DNA of 64,000 bases. Source: an uncultured Gammaproteobacteria bacterium (lineage in GTDB: Bacteria > Pseudomonadota > Gammaproteobacteria > CAWJPQ01). The notes beneath the pieces were generated by a model. It worked only from the letters and a program-made list of their open reading frames with translations, did not search any database and was not told the origin of the DNA. The DNA lies in contig CAWJPQ010000012.1 of the NCBI GenBank assembly GCA_963844825.1, positions 101,955 to 165,954 of the forward strand, written 5' to 3'. A program made the position numbers and the translations under genes. This document shows positions 48,881-59,045 of the stretch, piece by piece; positions within the stretch are counted from its first letter, which is position 1, and every line of letters begins with the position of its first letter.

Positions 48881-49756
48881 GTGGAGTACGAGAAATTGGC
48901 GAATACTCAAGGGTTTGACTCGGACGCCTACAAGGCCGGCCAGCAAAGGGATTGGAACACTGTCGCCGGCGGGTGGCAGCGCTGGTGGCCGGTGCTCGAG
49001 GTGGGCGCAAAACATGTCACTGAAAGGATGCTCGAATTGGCGGACATCAAGCCCGGTGACCGGGTGCTGGATATCGCCACCGGCATCGGCGAGCCCTCGC
49101 TGTCGGCCGCCAGGCGCGTGGGATCCGGCGGGCGGATCGTCGCCGTGGACCAGTCCGGGGAAATGCTCAAGATCGCCATGGAGCGCGCCCGGGAGCAGGG
49201 GCTGACCAATGTGGACTTCCTGGAGTCGGATACGGAGAAGCTGGATCTTCCCCACTATACCTTCAACAGCGTCCTTTGCCGCTGGGGTCTGATGTTCCTT
49301 CCCAACCTGGTGGACGCCCTCGGCAGGATGCAGCGCCTGCTGGTCCCCGGCGGCAAGCTGGCCGGGGCCGTATGGTCCGCGCCCGAAAGGGTCCCGTCCA
49401 TCTCCTTGGCCATGCAGGTGGTGCGCGAGGCCCTGCAGGCCCCGCCGCCGCCGGCGGGCACGCCGGGGCCGTTCACCCTGGCCGATCCCGAACTCCTGGA
49501 GGATATTTTCATCGACGCCGGATTCGTCGAGTTTCACAGCGAGCCTGTCCCGGTGGTGTTTGAGACGGCCTCCGCCGAGATGTACACAGAATTCACCAAG
49601 GATATCGCCGCCCCGATTACGGCCATGCTGGCCGAGCACCCCCAGGAGGTTCAGCAGGAGGTATGGGCACAGGTCACTGAGGCCGCGCGCCGGTTCGAGA
49701 CGCCCGAGGGGACCGTCCGCATGAAAAATGAGGCGATCTGCTTCATCGCCTGGTGA
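48881..49756 (+). CDS. Class I SAM-dependent methyltransferase
   Basis: [12 protein letters not shown] (motif I), [11 protein letters not shown] and [11 protein letters not shown] start as in the ORF track. Confidence 0.8.
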   Translation: MEYEKLANTQGFDSDAYKAGQQRDWNTVAGGWQRWWPVLEVGAKHVTERMLELADIKPGDRVLDIATGIGEPSLSAARRVGSGGRIVAVDQSGEMLKIAMERAREQGLTNVDFLESDTEKLDLPHYTFNSVLCRWGLMFLPNLVDALGRMQRLLVPGGKLAGAVWSAPERVPSISLAMQVVREALQAPPPPAGTPGPFTLADPELLEDIFIDAGFVEFHSEPVPVVFETASAEMYTEFTKDIAAPITAMLAEHPQEVQQEVWAQVTEAARRFETPEGTVRMKNEAICFIAW

Positions 49757-49777
49757 GCGCCGCGGGTGCCCGGACAG

Positions 49778-49854
49778 TGGTGCCCCGACCACGATTCGAA
49801 CGTGGGACCTTCCCCTTAGGAGGGGGACGCTCTATCCAGCTGAGCTACCGGGGC
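49778..49854 (-). tRNA. tRNA-Arg (anticodon CCT)
   Basis: Hand-folded 77-nt cloverleaf. Acceptor GCCCCGG/TCGGGGC, D arm GCTC-AGCTGGATA-GAGC, anticodon arm TCCCC-CTCCTAA-GGGGA, T arm CCACG-TTCGAAT-CGTGG. Discriminator A and an encoded CCA. Confidence 0.9.
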
Positions 49855-50531
49855 GCTTGTGATTGTCGATTCAGGGCTGGAACGGGCATTGTTATAATTG
49901 GATAGCCGGGCAGGCCCGGCCGGTGACGATTGGTGGAGCCGAGGTAGATCGAACTAATCCCATATCCAAATAATTTACAACAACTTATCGAGTTCGAGAA
50001 ATCGATGTTACCGTCGCAAGACAAGCCCTACATCTAACCATTCTAGAGGATGTTTGCAAACCCGGATCATATGATGCAGACGCAGATCCTCCGCAGATAA
50101 TATCATAACGTAAGTGCCGCGTTCAGAGGTAATCCTATCAATCTTACGCCGCATTAGTTGAATCCGCAGTTGCGCGCAGGCTTTTTGCTGGAGGGCCTGA
50201 ACCGGCCAAGTTCCGACCCTTTCGCGAAGGTCAGCTCACGACCCAGGGTGTGTGAAAACGCGGGTTTCCTAGTTGAGCGACATGAAAGCGCCGAGTGACG
50301 CTCGTCAGCATCCGAGATGCCGTCGTTTCTGTGAGCGGTGGGGTTGATAGCCGTTCTTTCAGTATAAAACCCGTAGTCCCAGACAGCGGCCTGCAAAGCG
50401 CCCCGTTGCAGGGCAACAGGACCTCAAGCCCGTATCGCCGCCATCAGCAACCGGGGGCCTATCGACGTCACCCCCTGCTTGAGCAGCACGGCGATTTAGA
50501 GTCCAATCCCATAACCGGGAGGAGATTGGAC

Positions 50532-50567
50532 ATGAAGAAGCGGTTTTCGGAAGAGCAGATCATTGGC
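50532..50567 (+). mobile_element. IS3-family transposase orfA N-terminal stub (12 codons)
   Basis: GGGAGGAG RBS, then MKKRFSEEQIIG. This matches the conserved start of IS3/IS407-group OrfA proteins and then diverges. No transposase body follows. Confidence 0.35.
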
Positions 50568-50755
50568 GAAAAAGCCGTTTTCGCAGGGCGAATCCTTTCC
50601 TCGGCCCCCGACGGATTCTACCCCGTTTTCACGGATGGTTCCTGTTGCGCAATGATCTGAGTACCAAATGATGAGTCGGCCGACAAATCGGTCGATGTCA
50701 GTCAACGGGACCCAATGATAATGGGTCACCGGCCCCCCTTTTTTTCACCCATCCG

Positions 50756-52906
50756 TCAAAAGGACTTGGTCAGCGCCGCATAGAACCCGCGGCGGGGCCC
50801 GTAATGGGGTGAGCCGACGCCAATGCCCGTGCCGTCGCGCAGTTCGTAGACCTGATCGAGCAGATTGACCACGGTGAAGCGCGTTCCGACTGCGCCTACG
50901 CCCGGCAGCCTGAACGAGCGGGTGGCGCCGAGGTTGAAGGTGTAGTAGGCGGGCAGCGCCCCGGTGTTGGCGAATCCGCGGCGCAGGCCGCTGCCGTAGA
51001 TGCCGTTGAGGCTCAGGTGCGTGCCCAGCCAGTTGTAGGCCACGCCGCCCGATGCCGTCCACAGCTGGTCGTGGTCCAGGTGCACATAGTGGGTGGCGAT
51101 GTACTGCAGCTCCGCCGGGTCGAAGTTGTACTGGCCGGAGACGACGTCCTTGCCCAGGGCACGAGACATGGCCAGATTGAAATAGGACGAGAAGTTGTCC
51201 CGGCGGTAGCCGGTGGTGAATTGCACGCCCCAGATCTTGCCGTGGGCGTAGTTGAAAGGGGAGAAGATCTGCGCCTGGCCGAACTGGCCCTGATCCAGCA
51301 GGTCGGTGATGTCCTTGTAGTAGCCGTCCAGACCCATCCGCCAGGCGGCGGTCATCTGGCGGGTGAGGCCCACGTCGTAGTAATTGTCGCGCTCGGCCTT
51401 GACGCTGGTGTTGACGTTGGAGGGCAGGGCGTTGGTTGAGCCCTGAAACAGGGCGATGTCCGTGGGGGCGATGAGCTCCAGCGGCGGCGGGGTGAAGTAG
51501 CGGGCGTAGCCAGCGTGAAGTCTGGTGCGCCGGTCCAGGGCGTAGACGGCGTTGACGCGCGGGCTCAGCTGATCCTCCCGGGCATAGCCGTTGTTGAGGT
51601 CGTAGCGCAGGCCGTAATTGACCGTCAGCGAGGGAACGACCAGCCACCTGTCCTGAATGTAGGCGCTGTAGAACCCGCCGGTCTTGCGGCTGTTATCTAC
51701 GATCGTCTTGGGTACATTGGATGACTGGTTCCCGTTGGCGTCCGTGGGAAACACCGCGGAGGTGTTGTCGCTGGCGGTCCGCTCGTTCAGGGCGAACACC
51801 CCCCAGCGAACGGTATGGGCCTCGTCGGGGGAGAAGCTCGCATCGGCCTGGATCCCCGTGGCCACGTTGCGCCGCAGCACCTGGGAAGAGACACCATTAT
51901 AGATCAGGTCTCCTATAGAATCCGGGTAATAATGGACACTGGAATACCGGGTGAACAGCGATACCTGATAGCCTATCGTGCCGGCCAGGCCCTGGACGTA
52001 GAGGATGCCGTAGTCGTTGACCTCCCGCTGGTTTTCTCTGAGTGCAGAGGAGGGATAGTCGCTTACACCGGCCAATTGGAAGGCGGGGTTCTGGGCCGGG
52101 TCGTTGGGAATCTGGAAGTTGCCCAGGAAATGCCCGAACATCGCCCCCACTTCGGTCTCCTCGTTCAACAGAAAGGACGTGTAGCCAAACGCGCGGTTTT
52201 GCTTGGTGGTGTCGTGGATGGGTTTTGTACCGCATGTCGGCGGTTCGATGCCGATGTCGTTTTGCAGGTAGGTCCCGCTGAGGTAGTAATTCCATCGGCC
52301 CTTGGAGCCGCCGAACTCCAGGGCTGGCTCCAGGGTGTTGTAGCTGCCGCCGTACATGGAGACCACGCCGCCGTTGGTGTCTTGGGCGCCCTTGGTGGTG
52401 ATGTCAACGATGCCGGCGGTGCGGTAGCCGTACTCGGCGGGAAGGGTGCCGGTGAGGAAGTCGACGTGGTCGATGAACCGTGTGCCGAAGGCGTTGCCGA
52501 AGCCGCCGATGGATTCAGGGATAATGATGCCGTTGATGCGGTATTGAATGTCCCCGTGGTCGCCGCGTACATGCAGTTGGCCGAAGGTGTCCTGGGCCAC
52601 CCCGGGGGCCTGCAGTAGTAGACTCTTCAGGGGCGAATTGCGGCCTTGGGGCAGGTTGTCGATGGCCTTTTGATTGAAATGGAAACTGCCGGTGCCGGTG
52701 CGGCTGTCAATCGCTGCGCGCGGCAGGTCCGCCGAACTTGCCTTGATCTCCATGGTCCCCATCTCCATGACGCCGCCCGCGGGCTCTGCGCTGACGGCGG
52801 GGCTCGCCGGTGTGACCGTGCCTGTGTCACGGGCGTCGGCCGCGCCGGTCAAAGGCAGCAGCGACAGCGCGCCCGTCACGCACTGAACAATCAGTGATCG
52901 TTTCAT
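50756..52906 (-). CDS. TonB-dependent outer-membrane receptor (intact)
   Basis: 716 aa. Signal peptide and plug domain (LLLQAPGVAQDTFGQLHVRGDHGDIQYRINGI). The beta-barrel has a terminal ...YAALTKSF. Confidence 0.9.
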   Translation of the reverse strand: MKRSLIVQCVTGALSLLPLTGAADARDTGTVTPASPAVSAEPAGGVMEMGTMEIKASSADLPRAAIDSRTGTGSFHFNQKAIDNLPQGRNSPLKSLLLQAPGVAQDTFGQLHVRGDHGDIQYRINGIIIPESIGGFGNAFGTRFIDHVDFLTGTLPAEYGYRTAGIVDITTKGAQDTNGGVVSMYGGSYNTLEPALEFGGSKGRWNYYLSGTYLQNDIGIEPPTCGTKPIHDTTKQNRAFGYTSFLLNEETEVGAMFGHFLGNFQIPNDPAQNPAFQLAGVSDYPSSALRENQREVNDYGILYVQGLAGTIGYQVSLFTRYSSVHYYPDSIGDLIYNGVSSQVLRRNVATGIQADASFSPDEAHTVRWGVFALNERTASDNTSAVFPTDANGNQSSNVPKTIVDNSRKTGGFYSAYIQDRWLVVPSLTVNYGLRYDLNNGYAREDQLSPRVNAVYALDRRTRLHAGYARYFTPPPLELIAPTDIALFQGSTNALPSNVNTSVKAERDNYYDVGLTRQMTAAWRMGLDGYYKDITDLLDQGQFGQAQIFSPFNYAHGKIWGVQFTTGYRRDNFSSYFNLAMSRALGKDVVSGQYNFDPAELQYIATHYVHLDHDQLWTASGGVAYNWLGTHLSLNGIYGSGLRRGFANTGALPAYYTFNLGATRSFRLPGVGAVGTRFTVVNLLDQVYELRDGTGIGVGSPHYGPRRGFYAALTKSF

Positions 52907-53034
52907 ATCTTCGTCTCCTCAAGGGTCGGCCTACTGCCCTGCGCGTGCTACACCGGGGTTGAGCCCGAGGCCGACTGGCGCAGTGACGCGCGACGTCATA
53001 ACGCCCGCACTGCAGGCGGGCGCCCAAAACGCTG

Positions 53035-53340
53035 TCAGGAGACGAGGGACGGAGGGGCGTGACTGTGGGGAATGAAGTAGGGGGCATTGCCGACAAAGGC
53101 GGCTGTGAAGTGCAGCGACTCGCGCACGCACGGACTCGGAGCGTCGAAGGTTGCGGTAAACTCGGGCGTAAAGACGTTGACGGGGCTGTGGCCAACGGCG
53201 TGACCCGCCGGGCAGTTGAGTTGCTCGGCCAGGGTGTGGTGAAAATGGGTCGCCTCGATGGAGTACAGGCTGACGGCGCATACCACCGCGAACAGCGCCA
53301 GCCAGCGTCGCCATGGCGCGGACCTGATCGAGCAGAACAA
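53035..53340 (-). CDS. Small membrane-anchored His/Cys-rich protein, hypothetical (copy 1)
   Basis: 101 aa with a TTG start. TM helix WLALFAVVCAVSLY, then THFHHTLAEQLNCPAGHAVGHSP...C...H...PHSH. Lies directly upstream of the receptor gene. A paralog sits at 58736..59045. Confidence 0.55.
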   Translation of the reverse strand: MFCSIRSAPWRRWLALFAVVCAVSLYSIEATHFHHTLAEQLNCPAGHAVGHSPVNVFTPEFTATFDAPSPCVRESLHFTAAFVGNAPYFIPHSHAPPSLVS

Positions 53341-53553
53341 GCGGGCTCGACGCCGGAGGGAGCGGTGCCGGCCGCGGCATCATGTCAAGCGCCTCGCCCG
53401 TGAACCGCCCAGCAGACGGTTTGCGCGGGTGGGCGTGGCAAGCGCCCAGGCAAATCGTCGTGAGTCGGTAAGGCTGTTCCCCGGCATGTCCGATCCTTCG
53501 CTCTTATTCACCGCATCATCTTGTCGGTGGGTCACCCTGATGTCAAGCGCCAC

Positions 53554-54915
53554 TCATTGCACGGCGCCGGATGTCCCTTGCGGACGATCGTCCCTGCCTT
53601 GCCGGTTGCCTTGGGGGCCGGTGGTGCGGACCGGCGATCGGCGTATCTGCGCCAGCCAGCGCCGCGCCTCCGCCTTGACCTTGGGATCGTGCTGGGCGGC
53701 CACGAGGGCCTCGGCGGCCTGGCGGGGGTGACCGAGATACCACTGGGAGATGCCGAGCAGCAGGCGTGCCCGTCCCGGTTCAGACAGGTGTTCCTGGCGA
53801 AGCGCCCCGGTGAAGGCATCGGCGGCGGCCTGCCATTTTTCCTGCTGTACGTACAGCTGCCCGAGGCGGTAACTGGCGCTGCCGTCATCCTTGGCGCGCT
53901 TGACCGCCTCGCGATAGGCGCGCGCGGCATTGTCGAGCTCACGCGCCTGCTGCCAGCTCTCGGCCAGGAGTATCCACGGCTGCGCGCCCGCGGCGAGCGC
54001 GTCGTCCCTGAGGGCGTCCCGCATTACCTGGGCGGACTTCAACGGCACGCCCAGAAACAGATACAGACGCGCCAGGTAGACCTTGTCCTCGGCGCCGCAC
54101 AGGCCTCGGCGGCAGGCCAGGGCCAGGACCGCCGCCGCCCGCTTATCGTCGTGGTCCTGGCGATAGGCTGCGGCCAGCTGCTGCCAGAATTCCTTCTCGT
54201 CGGGATAAGCGGTGATGGCCCGCTGCAGCGTCTGCGCCATTTTCCCGAGCTGCCCCCATTGCTGATCGATGGCGGCAAGCAGTTGGTACCAGGATCGGCT
54301 GGCCTGTTTGACATCCTTGATGGCCTGCTGCACCTGTGCCGCCGCCTTGGAATAGTCCTTCTGGTGAAAATAGGCGTTGCCGAGCAGGACCCGCAGCTGC
54401 GGTGCGACCTGCGCCGGGCGCGCGCGGGCCATCCATTGCTCCAGTACTGTGATACCACGGTCGTACTGTTCCGTGGCGATATACAGCTGCCCAAGGTTCT
54501 GCATCACGGCGAGGGTGGTTTCATCGGGCATCGCCTTGAAGGAAAGCGCCTCTTTGAAGGCGTCGGCTGCCTTGGCGTACTTATCCGCCGAGGCATAGGC
54601 GTAACCCAGGGTCTGGTGCAGGATGGCGTTTTCGTAGCGGTTGTAGGCGCGGCTTTCGGCCTCCATCGCCTCGAGGTGGTGGATCGCCTCTTGGGTTCTG
54701 CCTTTGTCCAGCAGCGTTCGCGCCGCCGCCAGCTGCCGGGCGATCAATTCGCTGACGAACATGTCGGTCTCGGCACCCTGGTCGCTACCGCCCGGGGCGG
54801 CTATGTCCTGGGACTCATCGCCCGGCCCGTGGGCATACGCAGCGATGGTCCCCAGCAGGCATATCCCGCTCAGGGCGCCGATCACGGTGCGGCGAAGTAT
54901 GGCTGTACGATCCAT
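53554..54915 (-). CDS. TPR-repeat protein of the TonB2-type system (TtpD-like)
   Basis: 453 aa with a signal/anchor and many TPR units. Its position immediately downstream of tonB matches Vibrio-type TonB2 clusters. Confidence 0.75.
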   Translation of the reverse strand: MDRTAILRRTVIGALSGICLLGTIAAYAHGPGDESQDIAAPGGSDQGAETDMFVSELIARQLAAARTLLDKGRTQEAIHHLEAMEAESRAYNRYENAILHQTLGYAYASADKYAKAADAFKEALSFKAMPDETTLAVMQNLGQLYIATEQYDRGITVLEQWMARARPAQVAPQLRVLLGNAYFHQKDYSKAAAQVQQAIKDVKQASRSWYQLLAAIDQQWGQLGKMAQTLQRAITAYPDEKEFWQQLAAAYRQDHDDKRAAAVLALACRRGLCGAEDKVYLARLYLFLGVPLKSAQVMRDALRDDALAAGAQPWILLAESWQQARELDNAARAYREAVKRAKDDGSASYRLGQLYVQQEKWQAAADAFTGALRQEHLSEPGRARLLLGISQWYLGHPRQAAEALVAAQHDPKVKAEARRWLAQIRRSPVRTTGPQGNRQGRDDRPQGTSGAVQ

Positions 54916-54920
54916 GGGCG

Positions 54921-55523
54921 TTACCGCGGCGGCGTGAATTCAAAGCGCTGGCGGGCGCGCCGTTGCACCGGCTTGCCGTCTTCCAGCTTCGGTTTGAACC
55001 GCCAGCGCAGGATGGCTTGCAGCGCGGCCTGGTCGAAGATCCTCGAGGGTTTCGACGATACCACCTTGGCGTCTTCCACCCTGCCGACCGCGTTGATGGT
55101 GAATTCAACCACTACCGTGCTGCCCAGACGCAGCCTTTCGGCGCGCGTCGGATACACCGGCGGGACCCGCACCAGGGGGATCACCTCGTCGTCCTTGGCT
55201 GGCGAAGCGGCGCCGGGGGCGAGCCGCCCAATCACGGGCCCGCCCGTCAGGCGCAGGTCCGTATCGATGGCCGGCATCGGCATCGCCGTGTCCGGCGGCG
55301 GGGGGGCGTCGGGCTGTGCGGCGCTGAGCTTGGGCGGCGGCGGGGGCTTGGGCGGCGGTTTCTTCTCGGGGAGTTTGTCCCGGGTTTTTTCCTGCGGGTG
55401 CTTGTCCGGCACCAGGCGCACGAAGTCCACGGCGTTATAGTGTTGCGCCTGAGGGCCGGTGCCCGCCGCGCCCGTGATCATCCGCGTCATGAGCAGGAAC
55501 AAGACCGAGGGTGATGAGTGCAT
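54921..55523 (-). CDS. tonB: Energy transducer TonB (N-terminal boundary uncertain)
   Basis: Pro-rich spacer (KKPPPKPPPPPK...PPPP) and a C-terminal TonB domain (YPTRAERLRLGSTVVVEFTINAVGRVEDAKVV...ILRWRFKP). An ATG overlapping the exbD stop (ATGA at 55564..55567) lies in another frame, so an N-terminal frameshift is possible. Confidence 0.75.
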   Translation of the reverse strand: MHSSPSVLFLLMTRMITGAAGTGPQAQHYNAVDFVRLVPDKHPQEKTRDKLPEKKPPPKPPPPPKLSAAQPDAPPPPDTAMPMPAIDTDLRLTGGPVIGRLAPGAASPAKDDEVIPLVRVPPVYPTRAERLRLGSTVVVEFTINAVGRVEDAKVVSSKPSRIFDQAALQAILRWRFKPKLEDGKPVQRRARQRFEFTPPR

Positions 55524-55563
55524 GCACCGGTCAAGGCGGCCGCGTACTTGATGCCCTTGCCGT

Positions 55564-55969
55564 TCATGGCTCCCGGGTGGCGGCGATGGACACATTGGGC
55601 ACGCCGGCCAGGCGGGCCTGATCCATGACCTGGATCAGGACGCCGGTCTTGGCGCCCTTGTCCGCGACGATGACCACCGCGCCGCCGGGGTTTTCTGCGT
55701 GAAGCCGCTCCACATGTGCGCGCACCGCGCGCAGGTCCACCGGCCGGCCCTCCATCCATATCGCCGTCTTGGCGGATTGCGATGAGGATGTTGCCGTGCT
55801 CCTGGCGGACCGCGGTCTGTGCGGCGGGGCGGTCAACGTTGATCCCGGTTTCCTTGACGAAGGATGTACTTACCAGCAGAAAGATCACCAGGATGAACAC
55901 CATGTCGATCATCGGCGTCATGTCGATCAGGGCGGTGGACTTGGTCTTCAGCGAATGGCGCTGTCGCAT
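55564..55969 (-). pseudogene. exbD: ExbD/TolR biopolymer transport protein, one frameshift
   Basis: The N-terminal part (IDMTPMIDMVFILVIFLLV...ILIAIRQDG, ORF 55487..55969) continues as IWMEGRPVDLRAVRAHVE...VVIVADKGAKTGVLIQVMD in ORF 55564..55836. Junction is near 55762. Confidence 0.8.
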
Positions 55970-55994
55970 GATGGCTTCGCCGTAAGGCCGCGGG

Positions 55995-56498
55995 TCACTT
56001 CATACCGAGTCGATCGGAAAGGGTCTGTCTCAGTAGGTCGGCGCGCCGGCCCAGGTCATAAATAAAATACAGTCCCGACAGGGCGGTCACCAGTCCGGCC
56101 ATGGTAGTGATCAGGGCCTGGGAGATGCCGCCGGCCATGCCCCGCGCGCTGCCGGTACCAACCACGGCCATGACGTCGAACGTGTTCATCATCCCGGCGA
56201 TGGTGCCGAGCAGGCCCAGCATGGGTAGCACCGCCGCCAGGCTGCGCATGAGGCTCAAACCGCGCTGCAGCCGCCCGCCCGCCTCGGATAGGCGCGCTGC
56301 GCGCAGACTGCGTGCCCGCCAGCTGGTGTGATCCGAGCGGCGCTGCCACTCGCCGACTATCCCGTCCCGTTCTCTGGGAAAGCCCACCAGCAGGTAATAG
56401 TAACGCTCGATGATCAGGGTCCACATGAGCGCCGTGGCGGCCAGGATGGCCCACATCACCCAGCCGCCCTCGTGCATCAGGACGGCGAGGTATTTCAA
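55995..56498 (-). CDS. exbB: ExbB/MotA/TolQ proton channel protein (short form)
   Basis: 167 aa. LPMLGLLGTIAGMMNTF and GGISQALITTMAGLVTA motifs. Confidence 0.85.
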   Translation of the reverse strand: MKYLAVLMHEGGWVMWAILAATALMWTLIIERYYYLLVGFPRERDGIVGEWQRRSDHTSWRARSLRAARLSEAGGRLQRGLSLMRSLAAVLPMLGLLGTIAGMMNTFDVMAVVGTGSARGMAGGISQALITTMAGLVTALSGLYFIYDLGRRADLLRQTLSDRLGMK

Positions 56499-57868
56499 CC
56501 GGCAAGACGAAGCTGCTCATCCTCGCTCTCCTCGGCGCGCGTGGCGATAAGGCCGGCACTTTGCTCGTCCAGTACCTGGACGATGCGGTTGCCCCGGGCG
56601 CTGACCACGCTGTGCAGCAGAATGAGGGGGATCGCCACCACCAGGCCGATCTCAGTGGTGACCAGGGCCTGAGAGATGCCCCCCGACAGGTATCGCGGGT
56701 CGCCCGAACCGAACAGGGTGATCGACTGGAAGGTCTGGATCATGCCGGTGACCGTGCCCAGCAGCCCCAGCATGGGGGCGATGGCCGCGATCACCGCCAG
56801 GGCGTTTACTCCCCGCTCGATTCGGGGCAGCTCCTTGAGGATCGCCTCGTCGAGTTTGTGCTGCAGGGTCTCCACGTCCTGGCGCCGGTTGCTCTCGTAT
56901 ACCGTCAGGACCCGGCCAAGGGGATTGGCGGTATCCGCCTCCCGGTTCCCAACCTGGCGCCGGACCTTGCGCCCGACCCAGGTCAGGTACCCGATGCGCT
57001 CCAGTGCCAGCAGCAGGCCCACCAATCCGAGAGGGCCAGAGTAATGTAGCCGATCTGCCGCCCCTGGGCAATCCGTTCATCGAGGTCGGGGGTCTAGACT
57101 AGGGCGGTGAGGATCGAGCCGCGGGAGGGATCGATGCCGATGCTGTGATAACCCCCGGCGGCCTTCTCCAGGGACGCGGCCAGCTCGTTGTAGTCGCCGC
57201 CGGGCTGGCGGCCGAACTGCACCAGTCTGTGACCGTCCGGCAGGTACTTGAGATAGCGCCCGTCGGCGAAGGCATCGAAGGGCCCCACCGCGCGTTACCG
57301 ACCGGGTTTGCGCGGCACCGCCGGGCATGACTACCGGGGCCTGGAACTTGACGACCTTGCCCGACTCGGTCATTTGCTGGAGCAGCGTGAGCCACAACTG
57401 CTCCAGCTCCTTGATCGAGGGCAGGGCCTTGCTGGCGGCCAGCCGCCCGGGCAACGCGTCCCGGCCCGGATATTGGGCGGAGATCAGCGACCCGTGCACG
57501 ATGCCGGAGGTATCACCGGCCACCTGGCGCACCACGCCGAACAGCTCGTCCAGGGAGGCCGACCGGTCCTTGAGCCGGCCCTGCAGCTTGTCGATGCGGG
57601 CGTTGTTGGCGTCGAAGGTCTTTTTCAGCTGTTCCCCGCGGCGGCGTTCCTGCTCCAGGTCCTGTTCGGCCTGTTTCAACAGAGTCTGCTGCTTGTCCTT
57701 GGCCGCCAGGAAGCGGGCCTCGCGCTCCTTGTCGATCTGCCGTGTCTGCTGCAGGTCCTGTTGGGCCTGCTGGTAAAGTTGATCCAGGGACTGCGCCGGC
57801 GCGCCCGCGTGGGCGGCGGGCAGCAGCAGGGCACCGACCAGTGCGCTGGCCAAGCGGCGGCTAATCAT
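56495..57868 (-). pseudogene. Long MotA/TolQ/ExbB-family protein with periplasmic coiled-coil N-domain (TtpC-like), two frameshifts plus an in-frame TAG
   Basis: Pieces are ORF 57077..57868 (signal peptide plus coiled coil), ORF 57094..57288 (GPFDAFADGRYLKYLPDG...) and ORF 56495..57025 (channel domain with APMLGLLGTVTGMIQTF and GGISQALVTTEIGL). The in-frame TAG is at 57094..57096. Confidence 0.8.
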
Positions 57869-58642
57869 GAGCGGCCTCCGGCGCCGGCACCGGCGCGTCG
57901 ATCAGGTCGGGGGCCAGCTCCTTGCGCGCGATGCGCAGGCCCTTGGCGACGGCGCGGCTGTCGCGGGCCCCGGTGGAGACCCATTGGCGTCGTTGCTGGT
58001 CCCAGTAGCCGCTGTCGCTGCCGTCCAGGGTGCGGTACAGGAGCGCCACCCGACCGATGCGCAGGAAGTCCACCAGACGCTCACTCCCCGACTGGCCCAG
58101 CTTGCCCCGGTAGGCCTCTATAGTGCGGCCGTAGTCGGTTTCCACCTGATAGGCCTCCATCACCCGCCGGTACTTCTCGGCGATGGAGATGCTGGCGTCA
58201 TCCATCATGGCGTTCAGCTGCTGCAGACGTCGCCCGCGTTCGTCGGCCAGGAAGAGGTTACGTCCAGCTTGACGAACTCGTCCAGGGTCGAGAGCATGCG
58301 CCGGATGAACGGCAGGATCTGACGCTCGGTGACGTCGATGTCCGCGAGCTGCTTCTCCAGGGAACGGGCCTGTTGGCGCTGGGACTGCAGCAGCTTGTCC
58401 ACCTGGTCGTCGTAGGCGCGCAGGTTGTCCAGTTTGGCCAACACGGTCTTGTAGCGCTCGGCCAGCTGCTCGGTTCGGTCCGCCAGCTTGTCCACCTTGG
58501 CCTGGGATCGAACTGCTTCCTGTTGTGCCTGGCCCTCCACCGCGACCGACTTGCCGACGGCGGCGCCCTGGTCGGCGCCGCCCGAAGTAGAGCAAATGGC
58601 CAAGGCCATCACCGTGCCCCATCGCACCAGCTTGTGTCTCAT
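57861..58642 (-). pseudogene. DUF3450-like periplasmic coiled-coil protein (TtpB-like), one frameshift
   Basis: Signal peptide MRHKLVRWGTVMALAICSTSGGA. The N-half is in ORF 58214..58657 and the C-half (LFLADERGRRLQQL...YQVETDYGRTIEAYRG...) in ORF 57861..58622. Junction is near 58255. Confidence 0.7.
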
Positions 58643-58735
58643 AGCGTCGTCTCCCATGGAACAGGGTTATTACGGACCGCGACGGCCCGCCAACGTCGTT
58701 CTGCCCGGCCGAGGGTCGGGCGATCGTCAGAGGTG

Positions 58736-59045
58736 TCAGGAAACCAGGAAGGGGGGAGCGTGACTTAGGGGGATAAAATAGGGCGGTTTACGGATAGCCC
58801 CCGCTACTATCGGGAGATGCTCCGCCTGGCACCACCTCTGGACACTGATGTCGGATGTAAACTCCGGCGTAGAAGACGTTGGCGGGACTGTGGCCGACCG
58901 CATGCCCGGCAAGGACACTGAAGCTGCTCGGCCAGGGTATGGTGAAAGTGGGTCGCCTCGATGGAATAGAGACCGACAGCGCATACCACTGCCAACAGCG
59001 CCAAGCACCGGCGCCATGTCGCGGACCTGCCCGCGCGCAGGATCG
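58736..59045 (-). pseudogene. Small His/Cys-rich protein, copy 2, two frameshifts and no canonical start
   Basis: WRRCLALLAVVCAVGLYSIEATHFHHTLAEQLQCP, then AGHAVGHSPANVF, then TPEFT...PPYFIPLSHAPPFLVS lie in three different frames. Collinear with 53035..53340. Confidence 0.65.

Noticed and set aside
53521-55440. 639-aa plus-strand ORF
   Set aside because: It is antisense to the TPR and tonB genes, whose products have clear repeats and motifs. The ORF product is low-complexity and Gly/Leu/Arg-rich.
57094-57096. In-frame TAG as programmed readthrough or pyrrolysine
   Set aside because: No pyl genes or recoding signals are visible in the window. The same gene also carries two frameshifts, so simple inactivation or a base error is more parsimonious.
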